A DNA stretch of 60,394 bases, counting the filler, from Trypethelium eluteriae (lineage: Eukaryota): the NCBI GenBank assembly GCA_051942245.1. It is 4 parts of 4 records of this genome, joined end to end, with 100 filler letters (N's around TTAATTAATTAA, not from the genome) between each part and the next. Parts side by side here need not be neighbours in the genome. Positions count along the whole stretch, not along the records: positions 1 to 15,111 come from JAVECL010000659.1; 3 more parts are not named here. One strand, written 5' to 3'. The notes beneath the pieces were generated by a model. That model saw only the letters and a program-made list of their open reading frames with translations. It was not told the DNA's origin and made no database searches. A program made the position numbers and the translations under genes. This document shows positions 1 through 12,816 of the stretch, piece after piece; positions within the stretch are counted from its first letter, which is position 1, and each line of letters opens with the position of its first letter.

Positions 1-2723
1 GGGATGTAGTGGGAGAGGTGGGTGGCTGATGGGTCTGGTGGTGGTGGTGGTTTGGGGACGGAGGTCTGGGAATTTTTAGATGAGGTGGCGGCCTGGGATC
101 TGGAGGACTGGGTGTTTCGTTGTGTGGGATTGCGTTGGGAAGACCGTACGGGAAGACTGAACTGGCTGAGTTGGCTGAACCCGGGGGTGGAGGATGGGCC
201 GTTGGTGTCTTGACTTTGCGTTTGGTTCTGGCTTGGTTCTTTGGCCGGGATATAGAGGCTTGCGAGACATGCTTCTGCTGCCACGCTTTTTATACAATTA
301 TCGCTTGCTGACACGGTCTCGTTAGGGATCTTGGAGCCCAAAGGGGTAATCCAGTCTTCTCTAATCTTTTTGTAGGTGTCAGAAAGATTTGACATGCTTC
401 CGTGAAGATGAATAAGCTGATCCACAGCGATTGCTGAAACTGTGCGAGCCAGTTCATGACCATCATCGCTGTCATTGTTGTCGTCATCTCCAGCCTGATG
501 GTGTAAACTTTGTTCCAGTATCGATGAACATCGATCCACGTCATCAATAGCCGGCATTGAGGACAAACCCTCTGATCTGCAGAAGTCAGCTTCACCAAAT
601 CACTGAGTCCCTGATAATTTGGTACTGACAAGAACTTGCAAGCAGTAGCTTCCACCAAAGAGCTGTCCTGTATAGTGACGCGGTGTATGTCGTCCAGGAG
701 GTCTCTGAGGTTTCTTTTCCTTCCTGCATCCTTCATGACCTGGCAATAGAGCCGGGTGAAATCGCAAGTATCCTTCCCATCATGGAGTGGCCGACCAACC
801 CCTTTTTTATTCACACGAAGGCCTGCTGTCTTTTGTCTCCACTGCGGCGGTTTGTATGGTCTGATGGCATCCTCGCCGTCATCCTTATCCAGTGAATTTC
901 CAACCACAAAATCTTCCGCAGCGACCTTTGCGGCGGTTAGAGTCGCTTTCTTTCTCCATTGAGGCTTCAAGATCTCGAGCCCTCCGGTACGGAAGTTCGT
1001 ATCTCCGCCATCACTAGAGCTTACCATGGCACTGTAAACTAATGTTCGAACGGACAGATCGTTGAGCAAGATCAGGAGCTTGTAAAAGCGAACACCTGCA
1101 TTCTTGCATTCGTCCCAGACCCCGGGCCTACGATCTCGAGTTGCCCAAGAATGCTTTTTCTGATAGCTCATAGGATGAATTGATATGCTTTTTATGGCCT
1201 GAGACCCAACTTCTTTGGAAAATTGGTCTGAGAAGAGGCTAGGAGGAAGAGGAATCCGCACAGGATCCGAGACAGATATTGGGACAGCGGTCTCCTCATC
1301 CATACTCAACCAAAAGGCAGTAACGAGCGTATTTGCTCGAGAATACAGTAGTAAGATTGTGTCTAATTAATGGGAAAAGTTGGCTTGGTCCATTGATTTG
1401 GGCTAATTTAGACTTACTGCTACCATCCTGAACGGCTCTTGTGCAAAGGCTAATATCCTCGGAGTCTCGAAAATGAGTCCACGAAAGCAGAATTTCTACT
1501 CGACTCTTTGCCCCTTTCTCTGGCAGAGTTTTATCGATCCTGAGTATTCGCAGCCAAAATATTTGGCTAGTGGTGGTGATGAGGAGATGATCCTGGAAAG
1601 TGGGATGCTGACGGATGTCCAGTAGCCAGCCGTGATTCTCTGAGATACTTAGTGAAGAGGTTTCGATAATCAGATTGTTTGTCGGCACGTGGCAAATGCC
1701 CAGTGTGATCCTATTACAGACCACAATTGTATCTCGATCTGTAACCCACATGACGCGGCCCCAGCCATCGTCTAGAGTCATCTTCAAGTCCTCCTCTTCC
1801 CTAGACTGGTCTAGCAGATCTCCTTTCTTAATGAGCTTTACGTCTCGCGCATACCTGCGGCGCAGGACCTTCTCCAGTTCCCAAATGCTCCATTGACCTT
1901 GACGGTTCAAGACAACAAAATGATCCTGATTCCATGGGTTGAATGATACATCAGTGGGTGGTGAATGGCCTAGCTGAGTCCTGGAAAGTGTACAAACGTG
2001 GTTGAGTTCGAAGGGTGAAGAATTGAGATAATTGTAGCTCGGAGACGGAACATTGGGAACTTTCGCCGAATGACAGTGAAGTGGGTCAAAGATGGATACG
2101 GTCGATGCCGTTCTGACCGCCAGACATGTTCGTTGCTCATAAGGCACACATGTAAAGCAAAGCTGCTGAATTGGTTGCTTTACGCCAGACCACCAGGTAG
2201 CCTCTGCTGGATTTGGCTCGAGGGATTCAATAAATTTGTGAGAGTACGGATGCCACCCTTGTCTATCAGGCTGCATTGGCATCAGATGAAGCAATTCTCC
2301 AGCTGCACCTCCGGGTAATACTGCGACCGGAAATATCCACCAACTACCTTTCCGCTCATCAGTTGCGAAGCCAAAGTCTAGGAGCTCCCCTTGACTTGGA
2401 TCAAGACTAAAAGTCTGCGCCATTACACTTTCCGAGATTCTTGCTTCAAACCTCAAATAATCAAATGCAGAATCCGTATCCGGGTCCTTTCTTGTGACTT
2501 TTTGGGTTTGCTGCGAGTGGAGGTTTGTATGGTTGGAGTGCGCTGGTATAGCGATCTGAATGGATGGTGGAACAAGTACCGATGGCGAATCGAAGGGCTT
2601 CAAAATCCATCTGCTTAAGATATCTCGAGAAAATTCCCATTTTCGAGATGACGAGTTGTAAGCTGCCGGTCCTGGATGACCGTATCTCAAATCCCGTAGG
2701 CCTTGAGCCGAGCGTTCAGCCAT
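1..2723 (-). CDS. RRN6: RNA polymerase I core-factor subunit RRN6-like protein; 3' end runs off the window
   Basis: ATG at 2723 (MAERSAQGLRDLRYGHPG..Y...WEFSR, an N-terminus typical of fungal Rrn6-like proteins). WD/beta-propeller-like region (DVSFNPW, WSIWE, ILLSWTHFRD). ORFs 1296-2753 and 290-1309 are joined by an intron near 1354-1411. A second intron at 577-629 (GTCAGT...GCTGAC...CAG) shifts into a frame reading ...DTYKKIREDWITPLGSKIP...SVAAEACLAS, open to base 1. Confidence 0.7.
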
Positions 2724-3144
2724 TAGGTCCGAGCTGCGGCTTATGATCACCAAGGACTATATGCGTATAGATCATGGCCGTTGGTAGTAGCTCACGATAT
2801 TTGATACGCGTCGTCAAGTTGCCACAACTTAGGATGCGTGCGTTCCTGAGCGAGAGTGAGTCCCAATCAGGTATCTGTAGTTGAGAGAGACAAGAGAAGC
2901 ACGTCAAGTGTGTAGGGCTGCACAGGCACGACGGGCTACAAGGCAGAGGGCAGGGGCAGGCACGGCAGGTACGGATACGGCAAGGGTTCAACACATAGAA
3001 GGTAACTTAGCCGAGTGCATCGCAAAACATCCCCAGGCCAACTTTGTTTACTCTGCTAAACACACACGGTATTCACCAGCATCAGCTTTGAAGAACGATC
3101 CAAGAGTTGTTACCTCTTGCGCTACTACATCTTACAAAGCCGAG

Positions 3145-3983
3145 ATGGCGACTATGACATTCGAACCGTCGCTTTCTTCCAGTGCAATGCGCCCGCCTCT
3201 TGCATCTGCCGAAGCGCCATCAATGGCCGACTCATTACCCAGCGTCGACTTTGGATTTGAGGACTTGCGTGATCGAATGGCTCGCTTCACCGTGCGTTTT
3301 GATGAATTCATCGAGAAGGGCAGGAAGCGTGTATTGGAAGAGCGCAATCAATTCAGAGCGAATCTGGCAGAGCTACACGGTACTTTTTCCTTTCAAAATG
3401 CCAAATGCGTGAATAAGCGACACTGATCACCTTGGCAGATGACCAGCACATGCGAAGACGGGATATCGAAATCGTCACCCTCAAAACGCAGACGCACTCG
3501 CAGACACTGTCCAAAGAAGCTCAGGAAACGGCAGAAATGGAATTCGCTATCTCGGAGCTCTCTGCCCAACGCGATGATAGAGCCGCCCACCGTGACTATC
3601 TACGCGAACAGATAGGCGAGGCCCAGAAAGCTATAGCTGCACGACGAGAAGCCCAACAGAAACACGCGCGATACCTTGACAGCCAAGCCAGATTCAACGT
3701 ACCGGAACTGGAGTTTTGGCAAGATTATCTATGTCTCAGAATTGAAGGAGCAGGCATTGAAGATCGTCTAAAGTTCGTCTACAGTCATGTCAGTGAGCGG
3801 GATTGGGAGCAAGAAGGATGGTTTGAGTTGGATATGAGTTCGAGGGAATACAGAGTGCTGCAATACAAGCCCAAGGTCGAGCGAGATTTAGTTGATCAAG
3901 TGTTGGAAAAATTGAATGAGAGTAGAGATCTTGGAGCTTTCTTGAAGGGAATGAGATCACTGTTCGTGGAAGGTTTTAAGTGA
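3145..3983 (+). CDS. SPC25: Kinetochore NDC80-complex subunit Spc25
   Basis: Exon 1 reads MATMTFEPSLS..LPSVDFGFEDLRDRMARFTVRFDEFIEKGRKRVLEERNQF. Intron 3380-3438. Exon 2 is a coiled coil followed by an RWD-like tail, PELEFWQDYLCLRIEGAGIEDRLKFVY...FLKGMRSLF. Confidence 0.9.
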
Positions 3984-4422
3984 TATCCCATAGAAGAGTT
4001 TTCATTTCAAGACTACACCGTAATCTCCTAGATGTCCGTCCGGCACGACCCTGTCTTTCTAACGATCTGTGCTCGCCAGAAAATCGATTAAAACCCTATG
4101 TGAGAGGATACTCTGTTAGCCAAGTATCTCGCAGAAACGCCTAGTGTAAGGAAGCAAATTCGAGGTTGATCAGTAAAAGCCTCTAGGGTACAGTCGTCAA
4201 GGATATTACGTGGGTTGAAGAACAAACCGATTCATCATGATGTTCAGAAATGGAGTTTATAATGCAGTGATAGCACTTACCGGGAAGAGCCACACTCTAA
4301 AATACTTTAGTTGTGCAACCTTGCTCCTTCGAGGGTTTGATAGCGTTCTTTGCGCTGTTCAGTGGTCAGATGGAAGAAGATTGCCTCTCATGCCTCTGTG
4401 CGGTGTGGCGGAAATGGTATGC

Positions 4423-4453
<31 letters not shown>

Positions 4454-4455
4454 CG
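4423..4455. repeat. (CTCGGG)n hexanucleotide microsatellite upstream of MZT1
   Basis: ctcggg x4 followed by ctcggctcg, read directly. Confidence 0.9.
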
Positions 4456-4530
4456 AAGAGTGCGAACCCACGCGAACTTTACCATCGCGTCGCATTCGCT
4501 ACCTACTTCTCACCACGGAAGAACAACAAC

Positions 4531-4884
4531 ATGCCTGGAGCAGATGACACCAAACGTCAAGCCGCTCGAGAGACGATTGATATCCTGCATGAAATATCGA
4601 CTCTGCTGGTATGTCGCCTGCAAATTGCTTCACATATCATCCAATACTTATTCAAGTCGCTTCGAACTAGAACACTCATCTTGACCGTCACTCCCTCTCC
4701 CTTTGCGTCTCACTCATAGAAAATGGAGTAAATCCAGAAGCTCTAGCTGTAAGTGGACCCTGCTGTAAACGAACAGGGGTACGAGTCTGAGGTATTACGA
4801 CTAATCCAGATGTAGGATGTCATTCGTGACCTTCGACGCCAGAATGATAAGGGACAAGTAGCCAGCGTCGGTGGTGAAGCATGA
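4531..4884 (+). CDS. MZT1: Mitotic-spindle organizing protein 1 (MOZART1)
   Basis: Three exons with introns 4609-4670 and 4749-4815 splice to [61 protein letters not shown]..., the MOZART1 signature. Confidence 0.92.
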
Positions 4885-5262
4885 TAGCATTCTAGCAGTG
4901 TGCTTATTGCCGAATTTAAGGGACTCACTCAATGATAAGGTCTGGGACTTCAGGTGCCGGCGTTGGCGTCCTCAAGAATCATGATACCCCGGTGTTATCT
5001 ACTTTGGTTTCAGTATCATTGATTGGGCGAGTAGAGCTCTGGACATCCACACAGGTGCAGTCTTCGATGTTTCATGCCAATGGATCCAAGATTGCCTCCA
5101 AAAGTTTGGAAGGCTCGTGAAATATTCACCAAGCCATTATTCGGCTTCACCGTGGGTTGGCATCGTTTGTGAGACATTGCATCTTGACAAGCTATGTGCT
5201 CTATGATTGATGAAATCAGGATGCCCTGATAATTTCGATGACCTTCTACTCGTCTATTGTCT

Positions 5263-5961
5263 CTAGACAGATCTAGTCAACTCCATGGTCAGGGCTGGTC
5301 TTTCCTTCCCGATTTCCGGCCTAAACATATCCTCCTTTACGATTTCGAATCCGCTATGGAGGTAAAAAGTTCGTGCGGGATCGTTTTCTTTATCGACTAT
5401 GATTGTGCACTTCAGTGTGTCAGCACCGCCTTCTCTCGACTTCTCTGCTGCACGTCCCAAAGCTGCATTCATCAATGCTCTGCCCAACCCCAGGCCACGC
5501 GCTTTGGGCATAACAAACATGCCATTTATCAGCCAGCGAGGTAGTTCCTTTGGTTCTTGTCCTTTGTCACGGTGGTGCTCAGAATCTTGATGGATCACAC
5601 TCCATGGCGAAGTATGCAGGGAGAACTCAGCCGGCCCATGGTTGGGCCCAAGCAAAACTATCCATCCTAGCCACTCCGTGTCTAAAAATGTCTTGCTAGA
5701 ATCGATAGATGTATCCTGGATCTTGTACTGATCACATCGACACGCTACGAATGTGGTAGCTTTAGGGTTGGCAATCCGACCGGTCCAATATTCAGGTGTC
5801 CTTTGAACCTCCGTCTCATAAGTAGCACCAAATGACTCTGGCGCAAGCTGTAGAGACTGGAGCCGGAAATTCCGCGCCCGAGTGACGAGTGCCTCGAAAT
5901 CTGTTTGCCCTGTAGTATGGTTTGGCAGTGTGCTGATGATGTAGGATTTGCTGTCGGCCAT
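5263..5961 (-). CDS. GNAT-family N-acetyltransferase
   Basis: Intronless 232-aa ORF. RLQSLQLAPESF N-terminus, acetyl-CoA motif GMFVMPKARGLGLGRAL, and C-terminal NDPARTFYLHSGF. Confidence 0.85.
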   Translation of the reverse strand: MADSKSYIISTLPNHTTGQTDFEALVTRARNFRLQSLQLAPESFGATYETEVQRTPEYWTGRIANPKATTFVACRCDQYKIQDTSIDSSKTFLDTEWLGWIVLLGPNHGPAEFSLHTSPWSVIHQDSEHHRDKGQEPKELPRWLINGMFVMPKARGLGLGRALMNAALGRAAEKSREGGADTLKCTIIVDKENDPARTFYLHSGFEIVKEDMFRPEIGKERPALTMELTRSV

Positions 5962-6183
5962 TAGGCTGGAGATTGAAATGATCGCCGAAGACAGATATCA
6001 CCCTCAAATAGAACCCAGCATTTGATCGCATGACTACTCTGAAATCATCGTCTCTACGTGAATCATTATGTTATGCTATGAGTCACACACTCAATGAAAG
6101 CGGAGGCTATGCAGGAAGCATATGGAGCTAAGGATGGCGCGTGGTGGATCTAGGGTAAGTAAGAGAAGACCGAGAGCTCGGAG

Positions 6184-8371
6184 ATGTCGTTCTTCAAGCA
6201 ACTTTCCATGACCACCCACATGAAACAGCAAAGAGATGCAGGAATGGCGCGAGGTGTATGTTCAAGGTGTACGCATTTGCTTCGTGATCCTAAGTCAGGA
6301 TCGCCAAGCGCGCATGTTCGAAGGTACGAAGTACAGAACCAGATCTTGGTCACAAGGCTGAGACAGCCTGATCATTCCGAACATGCTGCCACTCCCCGTA
6401 GCTTGACGTGCTGTCCCAACCCACAAACCTGTCCACACTGAAATCCTACTTCTTAAGGAGGAAAGATGGCATATCATTGTGATGCGAGGACTTGTTGAGA
6501 GACGGCCTTCAATGTCTACTTCGGAGCTTGTGGAAGTGCCCACAGCCGACGAAGCTTTACCAGAATACTATCGAGATATCGGCTGCCCCCAACTGTCACA
6601 CGCGTTGAAAGACTTGGATAACAAATCAAATCTGAGGGAAATTGAGCATGCCGTAACCAGTCCTTACAGTCGGAACTTCTTTGTGGACTTTGGAGATGAC
6701 GATGCTTGGTGCGCTTTCGACCTTGATGTAGATACAATCTCTTCGATACTCGAAAAACCAAGGCCATCATCGCTATATACCAGGTGGATCAACATTTGGT
6801 ATCCTTTCGAACACCAGACAACACTTGAGGCCATTGGAAGACGTTATGACTTATCTCCTCGATTACTGGGAACGATGTGCTCTGATCCCCGGAACCCCAA
6901 AGGTACCACGACAGCGAACGGGTCAAAGGGAAGCTCTTCATTCTTCGCTGCGGCTCATCAGCCGATCAAGTACTTGAGACATCTACAGGCACAAGCTATT
7001 GAGCTGGAAGAGGGTTGGAAGGGCTGGAGCGTGCCAGACGTGGAAGAGCCGGCAATGCTTCCCGACATGAATCACTATCAAATAGCTGATGAAGTCTGGC
7101 ACTACACATCAGTTGATTGGGGTAGGAAGTATGTGTGTCTTGGCTATAATTCGGTTTACAATGTCCGGTTGAAACCTTCGGAAGACGTCGACGAGCAACT
7201 GAGATATCAAGATTTGCCCGAAGGAAAACGAATCTGGAACTGGTTACTCCTTTGCGATGATAGGACAGTGATCTCGATTACTGAGGACCCCTTTCCATTT
7301 AACGGTCGTCACTTTACTGGGGAAGAACGGAGCGCTATCCTCTTTCTTCGCCGCAATTTGTTGAACATTTTCCTTCAGATTTCGAAAGCGAGCGATACTA
7401 CCAAAAAGAGCCCTTTAGCAACACTTCCGATTAGAAAATCCGTTGGAAATAGCCATGAGGAAACTCTACATAGACCTTCTGACGCCCCTGGATTGCTTTT
7501 CTACTTTCTCTTCGATGACTGGTATTCGCACTACAGTCTTGTCATAAGACGCGAGCATCGTTATCAAGCCGAGTTGAATAAAATGGTAGGTAATTATCAA
7601 ATTACTCGAGATGGCCAGACTAAGCATCCCACTAGCGTCATGATATGCTTCTTAAGGCCGAGCTGAAGCATATTGATCGCCTGCATCACATCGGACGACA
7701 GCTTGCAGTGCTGAAACGGCTATATCAAAGCTACGAGTCAATTGTCGACCACGTACTTGAGAAGCAAACGGCTACGATGGCTTCGCTTGCGAATTCGCAC
7801 ATCGTCATGACAACCGAGGAGTCCGGGCAAGTAGCAGCATCCCAACCTCAGGTGGCGGAGGAGGATAGCCTGCTAGGTGTCTCTATAAGCTCAGCCGCAA
7901 GGGTACGATTCGTGCGGCTAAAGCATCGGATTCGACTGTACGCCTTGAGTGAGATTCAAGACTGCCTTGACCAAAAGGAAGCCCTCGTATTCATGGTGAG
8001 TCAAGTGCCGCTGGAGGATCGAGCATATGCTAAGACTTGCCTTCTAGAACTTCAACCTTATCGCCATCAAAGAATCATACGCGGTCGAACGCTTGACAAG
8101 AATTACGCTTCTTCTCGGAAAGGTCACGATCCTCTTCATGCCGGTGTCCTTAATGAGCGCGTATTTTGGTGCCCAGCTAAGTGATGTAAATTACACTGCA
8201 TTGAACTACTGGATTTCGTTCGGCGTCATTTTCTTTCTGTCGGTATTGGCACTCATCATCTTTGGGGCAGTGAGCGGTACTATGGATGGCAAAATGATCA
8301 CTCGACCGGTCAGTCGTGTTCTTATCGATATGACAAAGAGAGCCTGGCAAGCGAAGAAGAAGAATAATTAA
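6184..8371 (+). CDS. CorA/Mg2+-transporter-like fold membrane protein (fungal conserved hypothetical); start uncertain (6184 or 6512)
   Basis: ORFs 6479-7666, 7645-8184 and 8093-8371 are linked by introns (~7586-7636, ~7996-8047). Long soluble domain (RWINIW, LSPRLL, coiled coil LHHIGRQLAVLKRLYQSY), then two C-terminal TM helices (RITLLLGKVTILFMPVSLMSAYFG; YWISFGVIFFLSVLALIIF). Confidence 0.7.
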
Positions 8372-9071
8372 GGAAAGAGACTAGTCACGTTGAGCTTTCT
8401 TACTGTTGTATTCCCTTTGTTGGATTCGTTATTTGCATGGGCCCCGGATGATAGATCCGTCCAACCAGTTAGAAACACCCCATTACGAATTTATTTGAAG
8501 ACTATGATCGGCAGAATATAGCAATATTTCGCGTTCTGATCAGTCACGTACCATAGAATTCGGTTGCCTGCTGCGAAAGGAGTGAGGGATGGTAGCGAAC
8601 ACAAGTCAGGCGGAGTTACGAATCAACAAAACTGTCCTTCGGCAAATAATAATGCCGTGCGACAGCGAACAGCTTTCTTAACATAAGGTAGGCTACAAGA
8701 ATCAATCGCAAGACTGCGACCAGTTGCCCCCCGTCACCCACATCCATCGCCCTCACTCTTTCTGTAAGTCCACATCGCTGTTCTGGTACCTGATCTGAGG
8801 CGCCGGCGTCGACGTTGTGCTGGCGCCAACGAGAATTTCTGCCACCGACAGGCGGCACGAGGCATCAGCTCTTTCCAAAGATTCTCAACTTCAACAACCC
8901 CCATCTGCCTGCTTACCCACAAAATCGCCTTAGCCTCATTGCTCCATCAACAGCAGCAAAACGCTTCTTTCCTTGTCGCTGACCTATACTGACGGGTGTC
9001 GCCTGTTTTTAGATCGCCTTTCCTGCCACACCGCTTTGCGGCTCATCCTCTTCAAATCATTTCTTCGATAG

Positions 9072-9838
<767 letters not shown>

Positions 9839-10614
9839 GCGTATGATACAAACCAGCATCCCTACACATCAATCCTGGCCTGTTTTGTCAATTGAAAAGA
9901 TACTACACTTCAGGCGTCTATTGTCCTTCACTACACCGAATCTCTTGGGTTCGGCAACATTCCTCATACACTCCGCCCAACTCTCCATCTCTCATCACTT
10001 GTTCTACTTGAAAATTTGCTGGCAAATCGGGTTTTCTGCGCAAGGTGGAGCAGATGCTGGGTCTTGGGGTTTTGCTACAATCAGTCATGTTGTATGTTGG
10101 ACTCGAAGCATGTTATTGTGATTCTATTCGGTAGTTTTGATGCGTGCCCCCCTCCTTCGTGACCTCCCATGTCGATTATCGCCTTTTCTGTGATAGACGT
10201 AACCTTTAGTGAGCTTGGTAGAGATGAGAAACGGATGATCAGATTCTATATCAGTGTCGCATGGACTGATGCCATTCCCGAGCTAATAACGTTTTCACGC
10301 AGAGGTACACGTTATCCTGAGTTGATGACTCAATTTATGTATTTGGATCGCAAAAGTATGGGTAACTGACCGTTTAAGAATTGATCTTTGTAATAGAGAT
10401 GAGACTGAAAGTTGCCCTCCGCAGTAGGGAGGGCAGCTTAAGAATTACCATATTGGGATGGAATCAGGATGTTGGAAGCGACCGGAATTACCTTCTTCCG
10501 ATCACTCCCACCACATTGGTATTCTCTGCATCTTGTGGCAACGTTCGACTTCAAACATTTACCGCAAAGCCCCACCAACAGAAATCTCGCCATAACTGTT
10601 GGAAGACTGTCAAG

Positions 10615-11506
10615 ATGTCAAAGATCACAGGTACCCTGAGCCCTCTCCCTCCTCATCGTCTCACCAACTATTCGCAACCAATGCTAATAAATCACCAAAA
10701 AAGTCGCCGGCGTCCGTAGCAATGTTCAGCAACTGCTTGATTATTCAAACAATGAGAAAAAGCGCAACTTCCTCGAGACTGTTGAACTTCAAATTGGCTT
10801 GAAGAACTATGATCCACAGCGTAAGAGCCATCGCAGCCTCGAACATCCAAACAACGGTCTCACGCCAATACAGGTGACAAGCGTTTCTCTGGGACAGTCA
10901 AGCTCCCACGCGTGCCTCGCCCTGGCATGAGCATCTGCATCCTTGGTGACCAGCACGATATCGATAGGGCCAAGCATGGTGGTGTGGATGCGTTAGTTCA
11001 GACCCAACCACTCCTTTCATTTGAGACATTCGAAACCCTGACATAATCAAGCATGAGCTCCGACGATCTCAAGAAGCTGAACAAGAACAAGAAGCTGATC
11101 AAGAAGCTTGCTCGCAAATACGATGCCTTCATTGCCTCCGATTCCCTTATTAAGCAGATCCCGCGTCTCTTGGGTCCGGGTTTGTCCAAGGCTGGCAAAT
11201 TCCCAACCCCGGTCTCCCACTCTGATTCGCTCAGCGACAAGATTACGGAAGTCAAGAGCACTATCAAGGTGTGTGTTGTCGGCATAAGACTTCGAAGAAC
11301 ATCTGGCTGACAGCGTATAGTTTCAATTGAAAAAGGTCTTGTGCATGGGAGTCGCTGTGGGTAATGTCGACATGACCGAAGATGAGTTGATTGGAAATAT
11401 CATGTTGGCTATCAACTACCTAGTCTCGCTTTTGAAGAAGGGGTGGCAGAACGTCGGAAGTTTGACAATCAAGGCTTCTATGTCACCACCAAAGCGCCTT
11501 TACTAG
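10615..11506 (+). CDS. RPL1: 60S ribosomal protein uL1 (L1/L10a)
   Basis: Spliced reading [17 protein letters not shown]...[26 protein letters not shown]...[20 protein letters not shown]...[24 protein letters not shown]; four short introns. Confidence 0.96.
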
Positions 11507-12816
11507 ATCATCAGGTACTGCTGGGTACAACGCGCAGATTCGAGAAGCTCCGATGGGGAGGCAACTAAATGTATTGCCTACGTCAAGTGCTCATTTCTAG
11601 ATTAGCAACTATCTACCTTGTACCTGGCCAGCTTACTAAAGAGTCGCCCAAACTTTTTTCTCCTATTAAACCATGCATTGTGATCATCCAAATTGCACTC
11701 GACCACGCAGAGTTTGACGCCAATAGGTTTTCCATCTAAATTGCCCAGCCAACCGATTGACACAAGTATGAGATAGAGAGCAGCCTAAACGGGTGGCGAG
11801 AAGGGGCTAGATTCATGTAGCGCTCTCCCTTAAGCTTCACACCAACTCCGACGAGCGAGGATATGTGCAGCTGAGAGACAGAGAGAAAACGCTAGAGTCC
11901 ATCAACGAGGCCGGGAACGGAGAGAGATCGATGGAAAGACAGATAACCCTCAGCGCCGCCGTAGCGGAGCCTCGATTGAGAGTTAGAAAACTCCCCTACT
12001 GTTAAGGAGAGAAAGAAGAGAGAAGAGCGAGGCACGGTGAGGTTGAGCCGCCTTTGAGGGAAATCTAAGCGAGGTGGCGCTAGGCCCGATTGCTCGCGTA
12101 GCACGGCACTTGATCCGATCAAGGCAAATCGCCTCAACTCCGTGCGGAGTAAAACTCTCTGCACCTTCGACTACTCCAGATTGCACCCGGTGGCGCCGAC
12201 GGCTCACCTCCGGAGGCAATGCGGATATTCCGACCACAGAAGTATGTGGCGGAGTGGGTTTATGTCTCTCAAAAAGAAAGCAAAGACACGAGACAGTAGT
12301 AGCCAACCCTGTTACTTTTCAACTCTATCAAACCGGACTCCCTTGCCATTACCAAAGGCAGCGAATGTAACAAGGATCAGTATTCAGATGATTGGAAGAT
12401 GGCTGGGGAGTCGCTTTCCTCTTCAAGCAACACTTGGTCAGGCTTCCCATAGGGTTTCAACTAGGAAACCGTCCGGAGGAACGATGCCAGGTCGCCATTG
12501 GGAGAAGCTTCTTCGTCAATCGACTGTCAAAGGGCTATTCAGTCGCCATCAGGCTGTCGAATCGCCGTCGCAGGGCTATTGCAGGGGCTTCATCATGCAG
12601 TTCGAATGATTACGGCCCGTCTTTGCAGTTGACGCCAGATTTCTTTGCTTCCCTGTATATCGTCTTAATATCATGGCTTCTATTCTCCACCTTCTCATTC
12701 ACTGTCTTTGGTTTTATGGTCATTGAGATTTCACAGAAAAGTGTTTTGCAAAACATATAATATTCCCTATTCTCTTCAAAATATCAAAGTATCAACTTAC
12801 TTCCTTTCGGCACGGG

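Noticed and set aside
577..640. Non-canonical GC-AG intron in RRN6 (GCAAGT donor)
   Set aside because: That donor gives either an immediate stop or the non-conserved frame; the nearby GTCAGT donor at 629 restores the plausible frame.
11890..12760. Overlapping 90-155 aa ORFs between RPL1 and the MFS gene
   Set aside because: No family motifs, mostly non-ATG starts, mutually overlapping; treated as intergenic or promoter sequence.
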